A stretch of DNA of 64,000 bases from Octopus bimaculoides (GCF_001194135.2 NC_068983.1:137394429-137458428); one strand, 5' to 3'; shown: positions 27,544 through 40,466, counted from the stretch's first letter. The notes: generated by a model not told the origin, from the letters alone. Program-made: numbers and translations.

Positions 27544-30307
27544 ATAGATTGGAGAACACTGCACAAGGCTCATTCATCAACTTTATCAGATTCAGTTTGA
27601 TCTCCTTACATAAAGACTTTCTTGAATACCAAACTCCAATCAAATTATACACTTTTACAACTAGTTTCATGTTGCGATTATAATGAAATATATACAACCC
27701 CTCTTTCTTTTGAACTGGTTAGAGTGTCCTTTCCATTCAACTGTTTTGCCTAGCAAATTTTTATATTCAATCTTGAACATCATAAAGTGATAGGCTCGTA
27801 ACAAATCTAGTCTATGGCCCATTAATTTTCTTACAGCATTCTTAAAAATCTGTGAATATCGCAACAGTCTTAAAGGAAAATGTACTTTTCCTCACTGATA
27901 TATATCTGAAGATTGGGGGTGGGGTTCTAAATTAACTTGTGTATGTAGACTTGATAATTTGCAGTTATTCTTCCACAGAAAACAGGTTTCCATATGCCTG
28001 TTGCATTTAGTAATGTTCCTGGCTTTTTAAACTTTAGCACTGTTTGTAATCCTGTACCGTAATCACTTTACTTCTGAGTGCCTAGACACAAATTATGTAT
28101 TCCTGCTAGTTTGCAGAATATCTGAATGTAAACAAGTTCTAAGTGAAATAACTGCATAAGCAAGCTTATTTTTATATTTCCGGTTGTATTCATTTCACTT
28201 GACTTACAGTTTTGGGTTTTGAATTGCATAACTTGTGTAGAAAAATATATATTAATTCATTGTAATTTGTTATTTTGTAAATACAGCATGTTCCGAATGC
28301 TTCGAGTGTGTAAAAAAAAATATTCTCAAATGATGAGTATTTAGTGGAATCCATGAAGTTTTACATTTATGATTTAACTCACCTAAACATTTTAATGAAT
28401 CATGGAAGCTAATTATTATTTTTCTGCAAATTCCCACATCAACGGTGTTAACGCAGTCAATTGGCTATCATGTATTATGGGTTGACTGGTGTTATCAGGA
28501 GAGACGGAAAGTTTTTGAATTTCTAACCCTTGACTCTAATGATGATATATATATATATATTCAAAATTCTTTTTCAGTACTCCTTCCTTTACCATATGCT
28601 CATTGTTTTCCTCCGTCACATTCATGTAATCTTATCTTCTTGATCATCTCATTATTCTATTTACCCCTCAGTCACGTTTGTTTTGAAAGAACGAAAACAA
28701 CGTTGAATAGAGAGGACACTTTAATCATGCAAAGACAAGGTGACTTCTTTCACTGACAAATATGAGCAGACGACATTGGATGGAAAGAACCCTTTGGTCC
28801 TGTCAAGGACATCACAATCTCTCTTCTGCTGTGAGTACAAGATGCCCTCAAGCAAGTTTGTAAATGTGATGTGGATGGTGTTAACAAGAACATCCAGCAG
28901 CAGAGACCATATCCATGTCAAAAGTGTGATGATGTTCACCAACTCGTGTAGTGGTAACAACAAATAAGAACTGTCTCAGACAGTATAAATTATGATTATG
29001 GTTCTCTTTGAAATTTGGGTGCAAATATTCTATGAACAGTCGGTAAACTTTTAACGTATAGAGGTGACATCTGTTTGAATATTTAATGGTAGTTTATGCG
29101 TTTCTGCATTAAAGGTTTTGGGGGAAATAATAATTTGCATTCGCTCCCACAAAGTTTGGTAAAAGAAATCGTATGTAGGTGAATGGTGCAGTTCAATGTT
29201 AACTGCTTGAAAAATTGAGTTGATAACCACGTTTTAATATTCGTAAATTTTAGAGAAATTTCCGTGAATTTTTAATGAGGGGTGGTGGGGTTACTCTCTG
29301 AACTTAAATCTGAATCTTGACATTTGTTCAGCATATGTTTATGAGTTGGGTTGAATTGAGCTCGGTTTGTACATATATTGACTATACATGCAGAAGACTA
29401 TGAACCTAATTCTCTTGATTGCAAAATCATTAGTGTCGTACTGAAGAGTATTTAGCTACGTTCTAAGTTAAAATCTGGGGGTCGACAAAAAAAATTAACA
29501 GTCAAGTACTAAGATCCATTTATATTCCTATAATACATTCTTAGATGTGAATAAAATTATAAAAGACATTCTACTCTTCCTTCGAAACGAAAAATGAATT
29601 TCTTTTGTGGTGAATTTATTGTTATTGTTGAAGTATGTCAAATAGTGGGTTAAGAAATTGAAATATGATATCGAAATTGGATTTAAGTTGTTTTCTATTT
29701 ATATATCTCTGTCCCTCCGTGTCGTTTATTCGTTTCTCTCTATCTTTTCCGCTGTTCCTTAGCAACACGCTCTTCCTATTGCTGCAAATACAAGTTATGT
29801 GCCATATATGACCCAATGAATCATAATCACCGACTCAACACTGGGTCGCAATTGTTAAGCTGTTAAACTACTATCTCTCTCTCTCTCGCTCGCTCGCTCA
29901 CTCTCTGGTTTTTATTCATTCACTGTTCTGCTTTTCAGTGACCATATGTCTTTGATGCTTTAAATGAATTTTCTTAAACACTTCAAAATTTTAAAATGGT
30001 AATTATCCTAATCCAGTGAACCTAGACGGACACACATCTACTATATAGGCTCGTATGTATTTCTGAATAGGCGCGTGCATCACCTATTTCATAGACGCCT
30101 TAAGTTACCTTACATTTCCATTTATTCCGTAGAATCACCGCGTTTCACTGTTGAATTTCAGCATAATACTCGTTTGTCAATACGAGACAGTAAAAAATAT
30201 AACCTGATCTTTTTAAATTTACCCTCACTCAATGTTACGGAGCTATTCAAATTCTTATACATACTCTCCAAAATAAACATTTAAAATTTTTGCTTTTGAA
30301 TTAACAC

Positions 30308-30658
30308 ATGCCACATTGTATAGCATTTGGTTGCACCAGCCACGACGGTCGATTACCTCGTCATATTCGGTTGCATTGTTTTCCGAAGGACCGAGAAAAA
30401 TGTCGGATCTGGGCCCAGAACGTGGGTATTGACTCTGGCCAGTTGGAGAATTTTCTTGATATGACATGTTCAAACATTGCAAAAATACGGTGCAAGATTC
30501 GAATCTGTACGCGCCATTTCGAAAGTCGGTATTTAGAGATCGGCTACCGCTGCAAATTACCACGAATGAAATTGAAACCTGGTGCAATACCCACTCTTTT
30601 TCATAGTAAAGGATCTTTACCACAAAAACAGACTACTGAGGATGACAAACGGATTACT
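30308..30658 (+). CDS. Variable exon V4: complete THAP domain, paralog of V1 (117 codons, phase-0 donor)
   Basis: MPHCIAFGCTSHDGRLPRHIRLHCFPKDR..RICTRHFE..LKPGAIPTLF. Donor ACT|GTAAGG at 30658/30659. Confidence 0.85.
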
Positions 30659-30744
30659 GTAAGGCTTACCTTTACGATTGTTCATTATTATTATTAATTT
30701 TGTTGGTTATATTCACAGTATTATCTTATTCTTTTTCTTGTTTC

Positions 30745-31050
30745 AGTCTTTGAACTGCGACCATGCTGTAGCACCGTCTTGGCGGGTCAGTCGAACAAAT
30801 CGACTTCAGTGCTTTTTTTAAAATTAGATACTTATTCTCTCGGGTCTCTTTTGCCGGACCGATAAGTTGTCAAGCGGTGGGAGTCTGTTCAATATGTAAA
30901 TGCACACTATACACATAAGACGAGTTTTCACAATTTCTGCCTATTAAATTAATTCACAAGGCATTAACATTGGTCGACCTGGTGTTGTGGAAGACACTCA
31001 CCTAAGGTGTCGTGCAGTGGGATTGAACCTGAAGCCACGTGGTTGCGAAT
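30745..31050 (-). mobile_element. tRNA-derived SINE copy (degenerate)
   Basis: Shares GTTTCAGTC..GACCATGCTG..GCAGTGGGATTGAACC blocks with the copies at 32953 and 55149. Confidence 0.6.
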
Positions 31051-31833
31051 CGAAAGCTTCGTCGATAAATTAACTGCTATATAAATTGCTGGATTTTATC
31101 CAATCGATCACGCCTTTATTTAAAATGTGTGAGTAACTTATGGGAAATATATTATACACGTTGTTACTGTTATATTCTCATATTAATACAGCAGAAACAG
31201 TGCATTTCACTTGAAAAATATCTTACTGCATTTTCTTCATTCATTCCCTAATAAGTTAAGTTTACGTACTAGAAAAACCGGTTACAATTACTGTAAAAAT
31301 TTTAGATTTCAACTAAAAGAACGCAAACCGGTAGTAAGGAAGAAAGAACAAAGCAGTTATTAAATGAAGTATGCACAACTCCCACAGTTTGTACTATGCT
31401 TGAAGGAATGTTGGTATTCCCCTCTAAAAATGTGTATGATAGCCAAGTACACCTACTGAGCATCATCTGATACTTGAGGGAGGTGGGATGCGAAATCGAT
31501 AAAAATAAGATATCAGTTTTGCACTAGTTACTTTAGTCGACTATACATACTCTCAGGGAAGTTTATTGAACTGCATGTGCCGTCAGTATAACATTAATCA
31601 TGTTACGCATATTTATTATGCTTGTGCCATTTAAGAAAATATGTAGAGTTTATGGCGTATGCATATAGCATAAAAAAAATTCCCCTTTGGGGAACAAAAA
31701 TTCCAGCTAAAATAAATGCATCACATTCTCTTTTCTTAATACACAGGAACCCGCTTATAACCATAGGTATTTACTTAGTGGGCTTCAAAACACTCCGTGT
31801 ATTTTTTTTATCTTTTGCTTATTTTCTTAAAAG

Positions 31834-31834
<1 letters not shown>

Positions 31835-31867
<33 letters not shown>
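31835..31867. repeat. (CT)n microsatellite
   Basis: Direct reading. Confidence 0.9.
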
Positions 31868-32594
31868 CACGTGTTTGTCTTGTAATCCTGTAGAATGGAG
31901 TAAGATTGCAATTCTCCAGTTTGAGGTGGGAATGTGCCCCCACCCCCAAATTGTTTATATTTCTTACAGCCACTCGCTTTCCTTTTTTTTTTTCTTTTGG
32001 TTAGAGTGTTTTTATTTTGGACTTTTTCGTTTCAGCCCACTCTTAGATTTATATTTTAGAGCTCTGACATGATACTGCAACAAAAAAATCAATATTTTAA
32101 TTTTATTCTTATTAACACCACCTTGCACCTTGGGCAGATTCCATCTGTTGCAAGCATTCAGGCCTTTTCTCTGGTTTAAGGATGCCTTCCTCTTCCCTTT
32201 TCTCTATTCACAGTGGCCCTTTGCAAGGTTATGAGCACTGGCTTTTCTCCTGACTAAAACAATTTAAAAGGGGTATACTTGTAAATGTACATATATATGA
32301 TGGCTATTAAGTACATGTATGTCTGCATGTACATACAAATATATTTGTGCCAGCATGTCTCTGTGACTAAGAAGCTGACTTCCCAATGACATGGTTTCTG
32401 GGTCAGTCACACTGTGCAATACCTTGGGCTATAATTTTCTACCTTTGGGTAAAGGAAAATACAGGAGGATCAGTTAATTATGCGGCGCTGGGTACAGGTG
32501 CCATCACGAATTTCGCTTTCGCGTGCCCCAACAGGTCTTCGCAAGCCTAGTTTAGTGTCCAATGAAGGAGATGACGTTGGCATGGGTGAATGAT

Positions 32595-32632
32595 GATATA
32601 TGTACGTTTGTATATATATATGTATGTATGTA

Positions 32633-32692
<60 letters not shown>

Positions 32693-32952
32693 CATGCATG
32701 TATGNNNNNNNNNNTATATATATGTGTGTGTGTGTGCATGCATGTATGTATGTGTGTATATATATATATATATATATCTGTGTGTGTGTGTGTATATATG
32801 TATGTATATGTATATATATATATGTGTATATGTATATATATCCCATGCTAGCATAGAAAGCAGACGTTAAACAATGATGTATATATATATATAGATATAT
32901 ATATATATATATTATGTATGTATATATATATATTATGTATGTGTATATGTAT
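32595..32952. repeat. Compound (TA)n/(TG)n/(TATG)n microsatellite with a 10-nt gap at 32705-32714
   Basis: Direct reading; accounts for the YI/HT-rich spurious ORFs. Confidence 0.95.
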
Positions 32953-33120
32953 ACTTGTTTCAGTCATTTGACTGCAGCCATGCTGGAGCACTGCCTTTAG
33001 TCGAGCAAATCTTTGGAAGCCCAGTACTTATTCTATCGGTCTCTTTTTGCCGAACCGCTAAGTTACAGGGACGTAAACATACCAGCATCAGTTGTCAAGC
33101 GATTGTGGGGGGGGGGGCAG
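32953..33120 (-). mobile_element. SINE 3' part (same family as 55149)
   Basis: TACTTGTTTCAGTCATTTGACTGCAGCCATGCTGGAGCACTGCCTTTAGTCGAGCAAATC is nearly identical to 55149-55207. Confidence 0.8.
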
Positions 33121-34313
33121 ACACACAAACGCACACACACACAAAATTTAAGTTCCTCTCCAGTGCATGGAATTGTCAATAGATGCCTTATAGTTCTTGT
33201 TTTATCTCATTGAGTTTTCAGTTCAAATCCTGCTGTAGCCTACTTAGGTGAGGGACTTAATCCAGTGCCTTGTTCATTGCCACCACCTGACACCTTGGGT
33301 AGCTTAGTAGTATTCCACCCTGTTGCAAAGCATTTAGCCAGGTCTCCAGTTTGAGGATACTTTGTATGGGTATTTATTTTGTTTCTTTACTATTAAATGA
33401 GTACAATAATTTGTGTAATGAAATAGATTCAATGAAATGTTATAAACACTTGTTGACCAAATCCTACTAAGTCCTCACCCACATGAACTTGGAGGTTTCT
33501 ACTTATTTTTTCTTAAGTCACACCATAACAGCTGTAAGCCTTTTATATCTGACCTTGCTCAGCTTATTCTAATTCTACAACCACATTCCAAAACTCCTCA
33601 CATTTGTTGCTGTGTTTAAACACGTTCTGTCCTGATATCCAGGCAATAAAATGCTTTCTTTCGGTTCGGATGTGGTCCCCCACCCCCACCGCTTTGTTGT
33701 TTAAGAAACACTTAACTGATACTTACAAACTCTTTGAAATCACCCGTAAGAAAATCCAGCATCAGAATGTATTGTTGGTTATTTAGACTAAATTTAAGCT
33801 AAGTTTGGAAATTACTTTCATTGAAGTTAAATTTTCAAAAATAATGTATTGTCTATTATATACTATTAGTCATATCTGCAATCATAAGTTCAATATTCTT
33901 GTACGTATTTTAAAATTTATATAATATACAAGGATTTCTATTATAGTCACACTGGTTTTGTTTTTGAAAAAGAAGCAGGATTTCTTTTTTTATATTTGGT
34001 GGACAGGAGGACATTGACTTCCCTGACACTAAGACATGCCATTTGTGGGTGTAAGTGTCTAAGAATTTAATTTAAACGTCAATCCTACCATACAGTCTAC
34101 AGTTGCTTAATATTATTATAAAAGCATGAACGCCACAAATACCAAATTTTCTTGACTAAATCGAGATTTATATGTTGAAATTGAAATCAAATAATTTAGT
34201 ATCACGTGTACACACACACACACACACGTGTCGTCTAAGAGACCATAGGTCAGGGAGAGGATGACTCGTATATCTGTTAGTAGTGTAGGTATATTATCCG
34301 AAATTCGGATTAC

Positions 34314-34499
34314 GTATATATTAAAAATGGGGAAGATCGGTTTATAGGATTACCACAGGTTTCCCGTCCATAAAGGGTTTAGCTATTTGGTGTATCTTCA
34401 GATAGTAAAACCTGGCGATACGCCATAAAGTTATATCCTTTATGGACGGAAGACCTGTGGTAATCCTATAAACCGATCTTCCCCATTTTTAATATATAC
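34314..34499. mobile_element. Foldback MITE-like inverted repeat (63-bp arms, 60-bp spacer)
   Basis: 34314-34376 is the reverse complement of 34437-34499 with 2 mismatches. Confidence 0.8.
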
Positions 34500-34959
34500 T
34501 GTTCTACATCTTCGAGTTCGCTTCTTCTTTCGGATTTATGTTTTTTACAAACACATACACATACGTAACAGTTGGAACTGTTTTCAGATAGAAAAACGTA
34601 AGCAATTTTAAGACAAATTGGACTGAATTCACTGCCGTTATTTTGCAAAATAGAATACGGTATACAAATGAAACCGTAATTTTTTTTCTTTCTTTATATG
34701 ATAGCCTTTTTTATATTGAGAACGCACTTCCTCGTTTACAATTGAATATACATAATTCTAATGACATGTAATTTGTTGGGAGATGTGTGTTCATTTTTTT
34801 AGCTGTTGACAACATCTATTCATATTTCGTGTAGATGGCAACGATAATATTAAATAAACCCCATTAAGAAAAGTAATTTTCCTTCTATACACTACCGTTC
34901 TTGCCTAGATACTTCTATAGACCCTCTGCTGCTTGCTTCACGCAGCCAAACTGCCTCTG

Positions 34960-35250
34960 GCAGCCAACTGCCATAAGACTGACCGTGACGTCACACAACA
35001 ACAGTGCGGATAAATTTCAGTCAAGTAGTGCAGTAGCATTTTAGCTTTTGTTTTAAATATTTTATCTTAGGACACGCGGTAAGGAAAAGTTTTGAGAATT
35101 TCAGTAAACTATAATCTGTTCTGAGGTAAAATCGTAATGATATCATAGCAAATGAATTACCTACAAGTACTTAAATTTCTAAATCGCATACTAGTCATAG
35201 CTAGCGCAAATGAAGTAGAGTGTTGATAAAAATAATTTTTGACGTCACGT
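34960..35250 (+). promoter_or_regulatory. Putative promoter and non-coding leader exon of V5
   Basis: CRE-type palindromes GTGACGTCAC (34985-34994) and TGACGTCA (35240-35247). Donor GCG|GTAAGG at 35078/35079 can pair with the acceptor at 35576/35577, one base before the V5 ATG. Confidence 0.5.
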
Positions 35251-35577
35251 AGTTTACTAATTCTCAGCATTCGCTTGACGTTTTCGTGCCTCTTACGTGA
35301 GTCTGTTTTGAGATATCCTTTATTTCCATTAGTTTCCCACTCTATGATATATATATTTATATATATATATCTTCCTACTCATACATTTGAAATATTGCTA
35401 GTGTTACTGATTGTAATTTGGCTGGGGATGAAATATATGAGGCCTGTTAGAAACCAGATTTTAAAATGTCAAACAAAACATGCATATTGCCGCACAATAA
35501 CCACACTGCTTATTATGCCAACCAACTATAACTGCTGGTATATTGCACTTGTCTTTGTACGTAACTAACTCGACAGT

Positions 35578-36735
35578 ATGGATACTTTTGCTGTTGATGG
35601 GCAACATAAGGTCGTGCCTAAAAATACAAGACGTGCCAATGAAAAAGCGGCCCGTGCTTTACGGGATTATTTAAAAGATAACAGTTTATCCACAGATTTC
35701 GAATCTTTGGACGCCAAAGAGCTGAGTGAGCTGCTGGTATTATTTTACCGAGATGTACGAAAGCGTGATGGTGATCAATATAAGGTGACCAGCTTGGAAG
35801 GCTTCCGATATGCACTTAACCGATACTTTCGGCTTCCACCGTATCTTAAAACATTTGATCTCATTAAAGATGAGATATTTGAAGAAGCTAATGCTCATTT
35901 TAAAGAAACTGTTAATGAGCTGAAAACTAGTGGTAAAGGTGAAGTAACCCATCACCCTATTATTTTGGATGAAGATTTAGAAAAGTTATATTCATCCGTT
36001 TATTTTGACATCAATACACCGTTAGGCTTACTGAATAAAGTACAATTTGAGATCCGGTTATATTTCTTCCGAAAAGGTCCCCAGAGTATGGTAGAAATGA
36101 CTAAGAAGACGTTCGAAGTCCGCGTTGATTCGCAGACCGGGTATAAGTATATGTGTAAAGCTGAAGAACAGTCCCCACGCAGTTTGAAGACCAAGACCGT
36201 ATCGGTGTGTTCTGCTTCTAACATCCAAGCAACAGGTCCGTCTGCAATTGACATTGAAGAATTAACATATATCGTTGAAAGGCCCAATGATCCAAACTGT
36301 CCTGTGAAATCATTTGAAAAATATAAGAGCAAGCTCCATCCGCTTTGCCACCGATTATGGCAAAGACCGATATCTCCTTATTCGCCCGAAGGCTCAGTCT
36401 GGTATCGAAACATTGCTGTAGGTCGAAATACTTTACAAAGGTTTATGCCTGAACTTAGTCTTGCCTGTTCACTCTCACAAAAGTACAGCAACCATTCCAT
36501 TAGAATAACTGGTTCCAACAAGACCGTTTTATCTGGGGGTTACAATTTTACTTTGCCGTATGCTAAAGATTCTCGCCTCGAGCGTAAAACCTTAGAAGGT
36601 GAATCAAATCATTCTTCAAACTCTGGTGCAACGCTTTTAGCTAGCTCAACGAATGCTCGGGTTATTGATAATTCTGGTGATGGTTCTCTGGACCTGCAGG
36701 TAACATTGATACGCAATGGCACTGAGAAGGACCAG
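35578..36735 (+). CDS. Variable exon V5: second Crypton tyrosine-recombinase-derived (DUF3504-like) domain (386 codons, phase-0 donor)
   Basis: Intact ORF with VPKNT, FYRDVRKRDGDQYKVTSL, TPLGLLNKVQF, CPVKSFEKYKSKLHP, WQRP, WY..VGRNTL and YSNHSIR. Acceptor ACAG|T-ATG. Donor CAG|GTAGGT at 36735/36736; alternative CAG|GTAACA at 36699/36700, also phase 0. Confidence 0.85.
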
Positions 36736-38324
36736 GTAGGTGACATTCTGATTAATATCTGATATCACGCTTGTTTTAAGATGTTTTTATAGTCTGTTAA
36801 GATATCTAAGATAAGAATGATCGGCTTTCACAAGTAGGAATATGAAATAGTATAAAAAGTTGGGGATCTTGATATTTTATATTTTTGAAGGCCAAAGGCT
36901 TGTTATTAATGTAGAATGCCCATCCCATTTTGTGGATATCTTAATACATTAAGCCAAACTTTGAAAGAGTGGTTTTAGCTTACATTTATCAGTAAATACA
37001 TCTAAAAAAAATAATGCCTCTGCTTCTTCCTGTAAAATGTTTCAGAAATAGGTGCATGCGTAAGAAGTGTGGTAAAAAGTTTGCTGAATTCAGTCTCACT
37101 TACGTGGCACCTTGGACAAGTGTGGCTTCTAAAGTTTCGAGCCGACCAAAGGTTTGTGAATGGATTAAGCCCATCGTGTGTGTGCGTTCACATCCTTGTA
37201 ACTTAGCTATTCGGCAAAAGTGAAAATAAATATTGGTGTCGATTCGTTCAACTAAAATTCTTCAAGGCGGATCCTCAGCATGGCCTCGGTCTAAAAGAAT
37301 TTTTTTTTTAAATTAGAAATTATTCACATCAACTTTTATTGGTGCTATTGAAGTTTAACTTAATCCCTATATATGTAGCAAAAATTTTTTTTTCGCTGCC
37401 AATGAATGAATCGTACGAAAGATTTGACACACGAACATCAACAAACATCGATCTATTACCATATTTGCCATACTTGACAACTAATACCGACGTCAGAGCG
37501 CTTCGTGGTTGCCCAGTCCCCCCTGTAATAACATGGAAATTCCCCTCAAAGTACATCGTACTGAAAGGACACTTTGGATTATATCCTAAGCTACTTCAAA
37601 GAAACAGATTGATCATGGCTACAGTGCTTGCTTGATCATTGCTGGCCTGGGTTTAAACAGCAACAATGTGTTCTGTGCCAGATGGGTCTCTTGCAGTAAC
37701 CGGAGCTGTAGGGCTGACTTGATCAAACTCTCGTTTTCCAAATATTTTGTGTTCTTCGAAAAGACGTGCTGATATAATCTTTTGTTTTTACTTTTACCTA
37801 TATTTCCCCTCCCCAACATTTTTTGTAGTCAGTCAAATTACCTGATTTAGTTTTAATCCAAATATATCTAGTTTTGTTTTTGATATAACGATCAACATGT
37901 CCACAATTAAGAATCACCAGAAAGTACGAACATAAATTTGCCAGTGTCATTTCTGTCTGTACGCCTTAACTTTAGGTGTGCACTTTCTTTGTAGTTGTTT
38001 TAACTTGGCGTTGTGTTCCGTTGGTAATCAGGTATAGGGTCGCTGGTAAGTATCACATAACCTACAACTAAACAAGTCAAACCACTTCACTTGGCTAAGC
38101 TCAAATAGAATGCAATAAGCCGCTGCCATGAAATATTCTTCGCAGTAAGCACTTTTTCTTTAGCTTGTACTTGGATCGCCTTCTGGTGCACTGAGAGAAT
38201 GCAGCCAGCCATCCCATTGCATGGAAAGGGATCGAACAAGATAGGTTAGAGAATGTTACCTTTTTTTATCTGTTGGATAGTAATGAATTATGTATTGAGT
38301 TTATTCTTTATTGCTCAATTTAAT

Positions 38325-38500
38325 GCCGCGAGCTGGCAAAATCGTTAGCACGCCAATCGAAATGCTTAGCGCAATTCGTCCGTCTTCTCGTTCTGAGTTC
38401 AAATTCCGCTGAAGTTGACTTTGCCTTTCATCCAGTTGATAAAAACAGTACCAGTTGAGCACTGGTATCGATGTGACTTACCCCCTGCCCAGAAATTACT
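38325..38500 (+). mobile_element. tRNA-derived SINE (second family)
   Basis: tRNA-like head GCGAGCTGGCAAAATCGTTAGCACGCC..CTGAGTTCAAATTCCGC, then GACTTTGCCTTTCATCC. Decayed relatives near 1600-1700, 16640-16740 and 44740-44950. Confidence 0.7.
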
Positions 38501-38659
38501 CAAGTTGGTTTTCAGCTCGGAGCAGTAGAGTGTCCATTTAAGAGTATACTTTATTGGCGCAAGTTAGAGAGGTTAACATTAACTAAATTTTCTTCAAGAT
38601 CATAACCTTTCAGCGCAAACGGCTTATTCATGTTGTGACCTCCAACAATCTGTGTCACC

Positions 38660-38772
38660 CATTTCAACCAATCAAATTCTTCGACTTATCATCACACCCC
38701 TCTTGTTCTGTCATGTCAGCCATTTTAGTCAGTCAAGCCTTTTCTGTTGCCTAGTCGGTTAAGAATAGTGTA
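38660..38772 (+). promoter_or_regulatory. Putative promoter/leader of V6
   Basis: CCAAT at 38668-38672, YY1-like CAGCCATTTT at 38717-38726, possible acceptor CTAG| at 38754/38755. Confidence 0.4.
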
Positions 38773-38979
38773 ATGGTGAAGCGTTGTGCATGGGGTTTGT
38801 GTAATACAGACGACCGTTATCCTGAACGTCTGTTCGGTGGTGTTAAATTCATACCATTTCCGAAACCGCGGAGACAACGAGACAAATGTCTTCGTTGGAT
38901 TGAACGTTGCGGTCGAATTCCCGAGCAACTGAACGTTAACATTGTTGACGGAAACAAAAACCTTTACGTCTGTTCAAAG
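38773..38979 (+). CDS. Variable exon V6: N-terminal part of a split THAP domain (69 codons, ends ..YVCSK, phase 0)
   Basis: MVKRCAWGLCNTDDRYPERLFGGVKFIPFPKP..CLRWIERCGR..YVCSK. Donor AAG|GTAAAT at 38979/38980. Confidence 0.9.
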
Positions 38980-40259
38980 GTAAATAACTCTGGCTTCTAA
39001 TTTCAGCCTCTCTTTGTAATCGTAACAACTTTAAAATCTGGATTTTCTACTTATGAATTAATTTAATTTTACTCATTAATATTCTTTATAATGTAAATTA
39101 AATATAAACGGATAAAGTTTTTATATTTAAATTTTCACTTGTGATTATAGAATAAAATTACTTGTTGAGCTTATCCTGTAAAGTTTATGCTATTGCTTGC
39201 TGAATGTTTAGGAAAAAAATACAGAAAATTATTGCTTGTTTTGTTTAAATTAGTTATACTATTTGAGGGCCACTGATTTGTGCCAAATTGAAAAAGTATT
39301 TTTAAAACCCATTTCATTTTTCAGTACTTATTTTATTTTCACTTTTCCATCATATATTAGTTCTTCCTACATTTTTGTTGCTTCATCTTTCATGTCTCTC
39401 TACAGAAAAAAAAAATCTACCTAAAAGTAAAGTCCGCTAAAAATATTGAGCACAGCGATACCTGATACTACTTGCTGAAACGTACCATCGTTGAAAAAAA
39501 AAATTACCTTAATATTTATGGTATTTAAATGTGACGTTTCCAAACAAAATTGTATCTATTTCTATAGTTAGATAAGTATCGACTAAATGTCTTTAATTGT
39601 ATCTAATGTGCATTAATCTTTGTATGGTAAATGCTGGCGTGAGAAGAGTGAAGCTGATGATATGATACAAAAATGTTTTGCCTTCTGTCATGTTCGAATG
39701 TCTTGCTGTGTGCGTGGTATGTAAAAGGGGTTGTATGGAAATAATGGTGAAAACTTGAGTTATACAAGGTAATATGCATTTACGGATGAAAACCAAAACT
39801 TGGTTCGACTGTTAATTAGTAAACTATATATTATATTATATTTATAAATGTTATTGCTATGAGGATCAAGAAGAAATTCGATTTAGGTTCTTTTTAAAAT
39901 AGGTGCCAGTTAAACTGTTATCTTAGTACTGATGTTAGAAATCATGTAAACCTAGGATGAAATACATTGCAGTATTTAAGTCATTTAACTATTTAAGTAC
40001 CATTGATGTACTGGGACCAATTTGTTTTAATGCCAAAAATTCCTATTTTAACATTTGAACCATCTAATCTCGAAGTTCATATATACTACCATTTGCATCC
40101 CAACTGTTTCCGGTGTTATCGTGTTTATATATCACATGACCACGGTACAAACAGTATTTCCGCTTTTGCCAGGAGTAAAGCATATCAGTTTTACTAGCAA
40201 ATATATAATTTTCCCTTCCTTCTTACGATTTTTTAAACATCTTTTCAGGAGTTCCAAAA

Positions 40260-40466
40260 ATGGTAACTAAGCGTTGCGCTTGGGGTACTTGTCGTAGTGA
40301 CAGTCGGTACAAACATAAACCTCACATGCTGAACGTGTTTTTTGTATCTTTTCCTAAGCCTAAGAGTTCTCTGGAGCGTTGTATACGTTGGCTTGATGCA
40401 TGTTGCAGGCCTTACTATCAGCTGAATATTAATAAAATTAAATCGCATCACTTCGTCTGCTCGAAG
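40260..40466 (+). CDS. Variable exon V7: N-terminal part of a split THAP domain (69 codons, ends ..FVCSK, phase 0)
   Basis: MVTKRCAWGTCRSDSRY..FPKPK..CIRWLDACCRP..FVCSK. Acceptor CTTTTCAG| at 40248/40249; donor AAG|GTAAGC at 40466/40467. Confidence 0.9.

Noticed and set aside
28287-28313. ATACAG|CAT GTT CCG.. as a private His-supplying exon for V3
   Set aside because: Gives HV rather than HF, closes at TAA after 8 codons and lacks the GPT..PDP segment; C1 fits much better.
28720-28967. Coding-like patch with overlapping short ORFs
   Set aside because: No domain recognised, no consistent frame or splice sites; possibly a retrocopy fragment.
32470-32870. Several 80-100 aa ORFs on both strands
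   Set aside because: They are translations of a compound microsatellite and an N gap.
37390-37980. Possible decayed Tc1 transposase start (MNRTKDLTHEHQ.. / EIPLKVHRTERTL)
   Set aside because: Broken frames and only one TIR-like end; too weak to call or to count as a variable exon.
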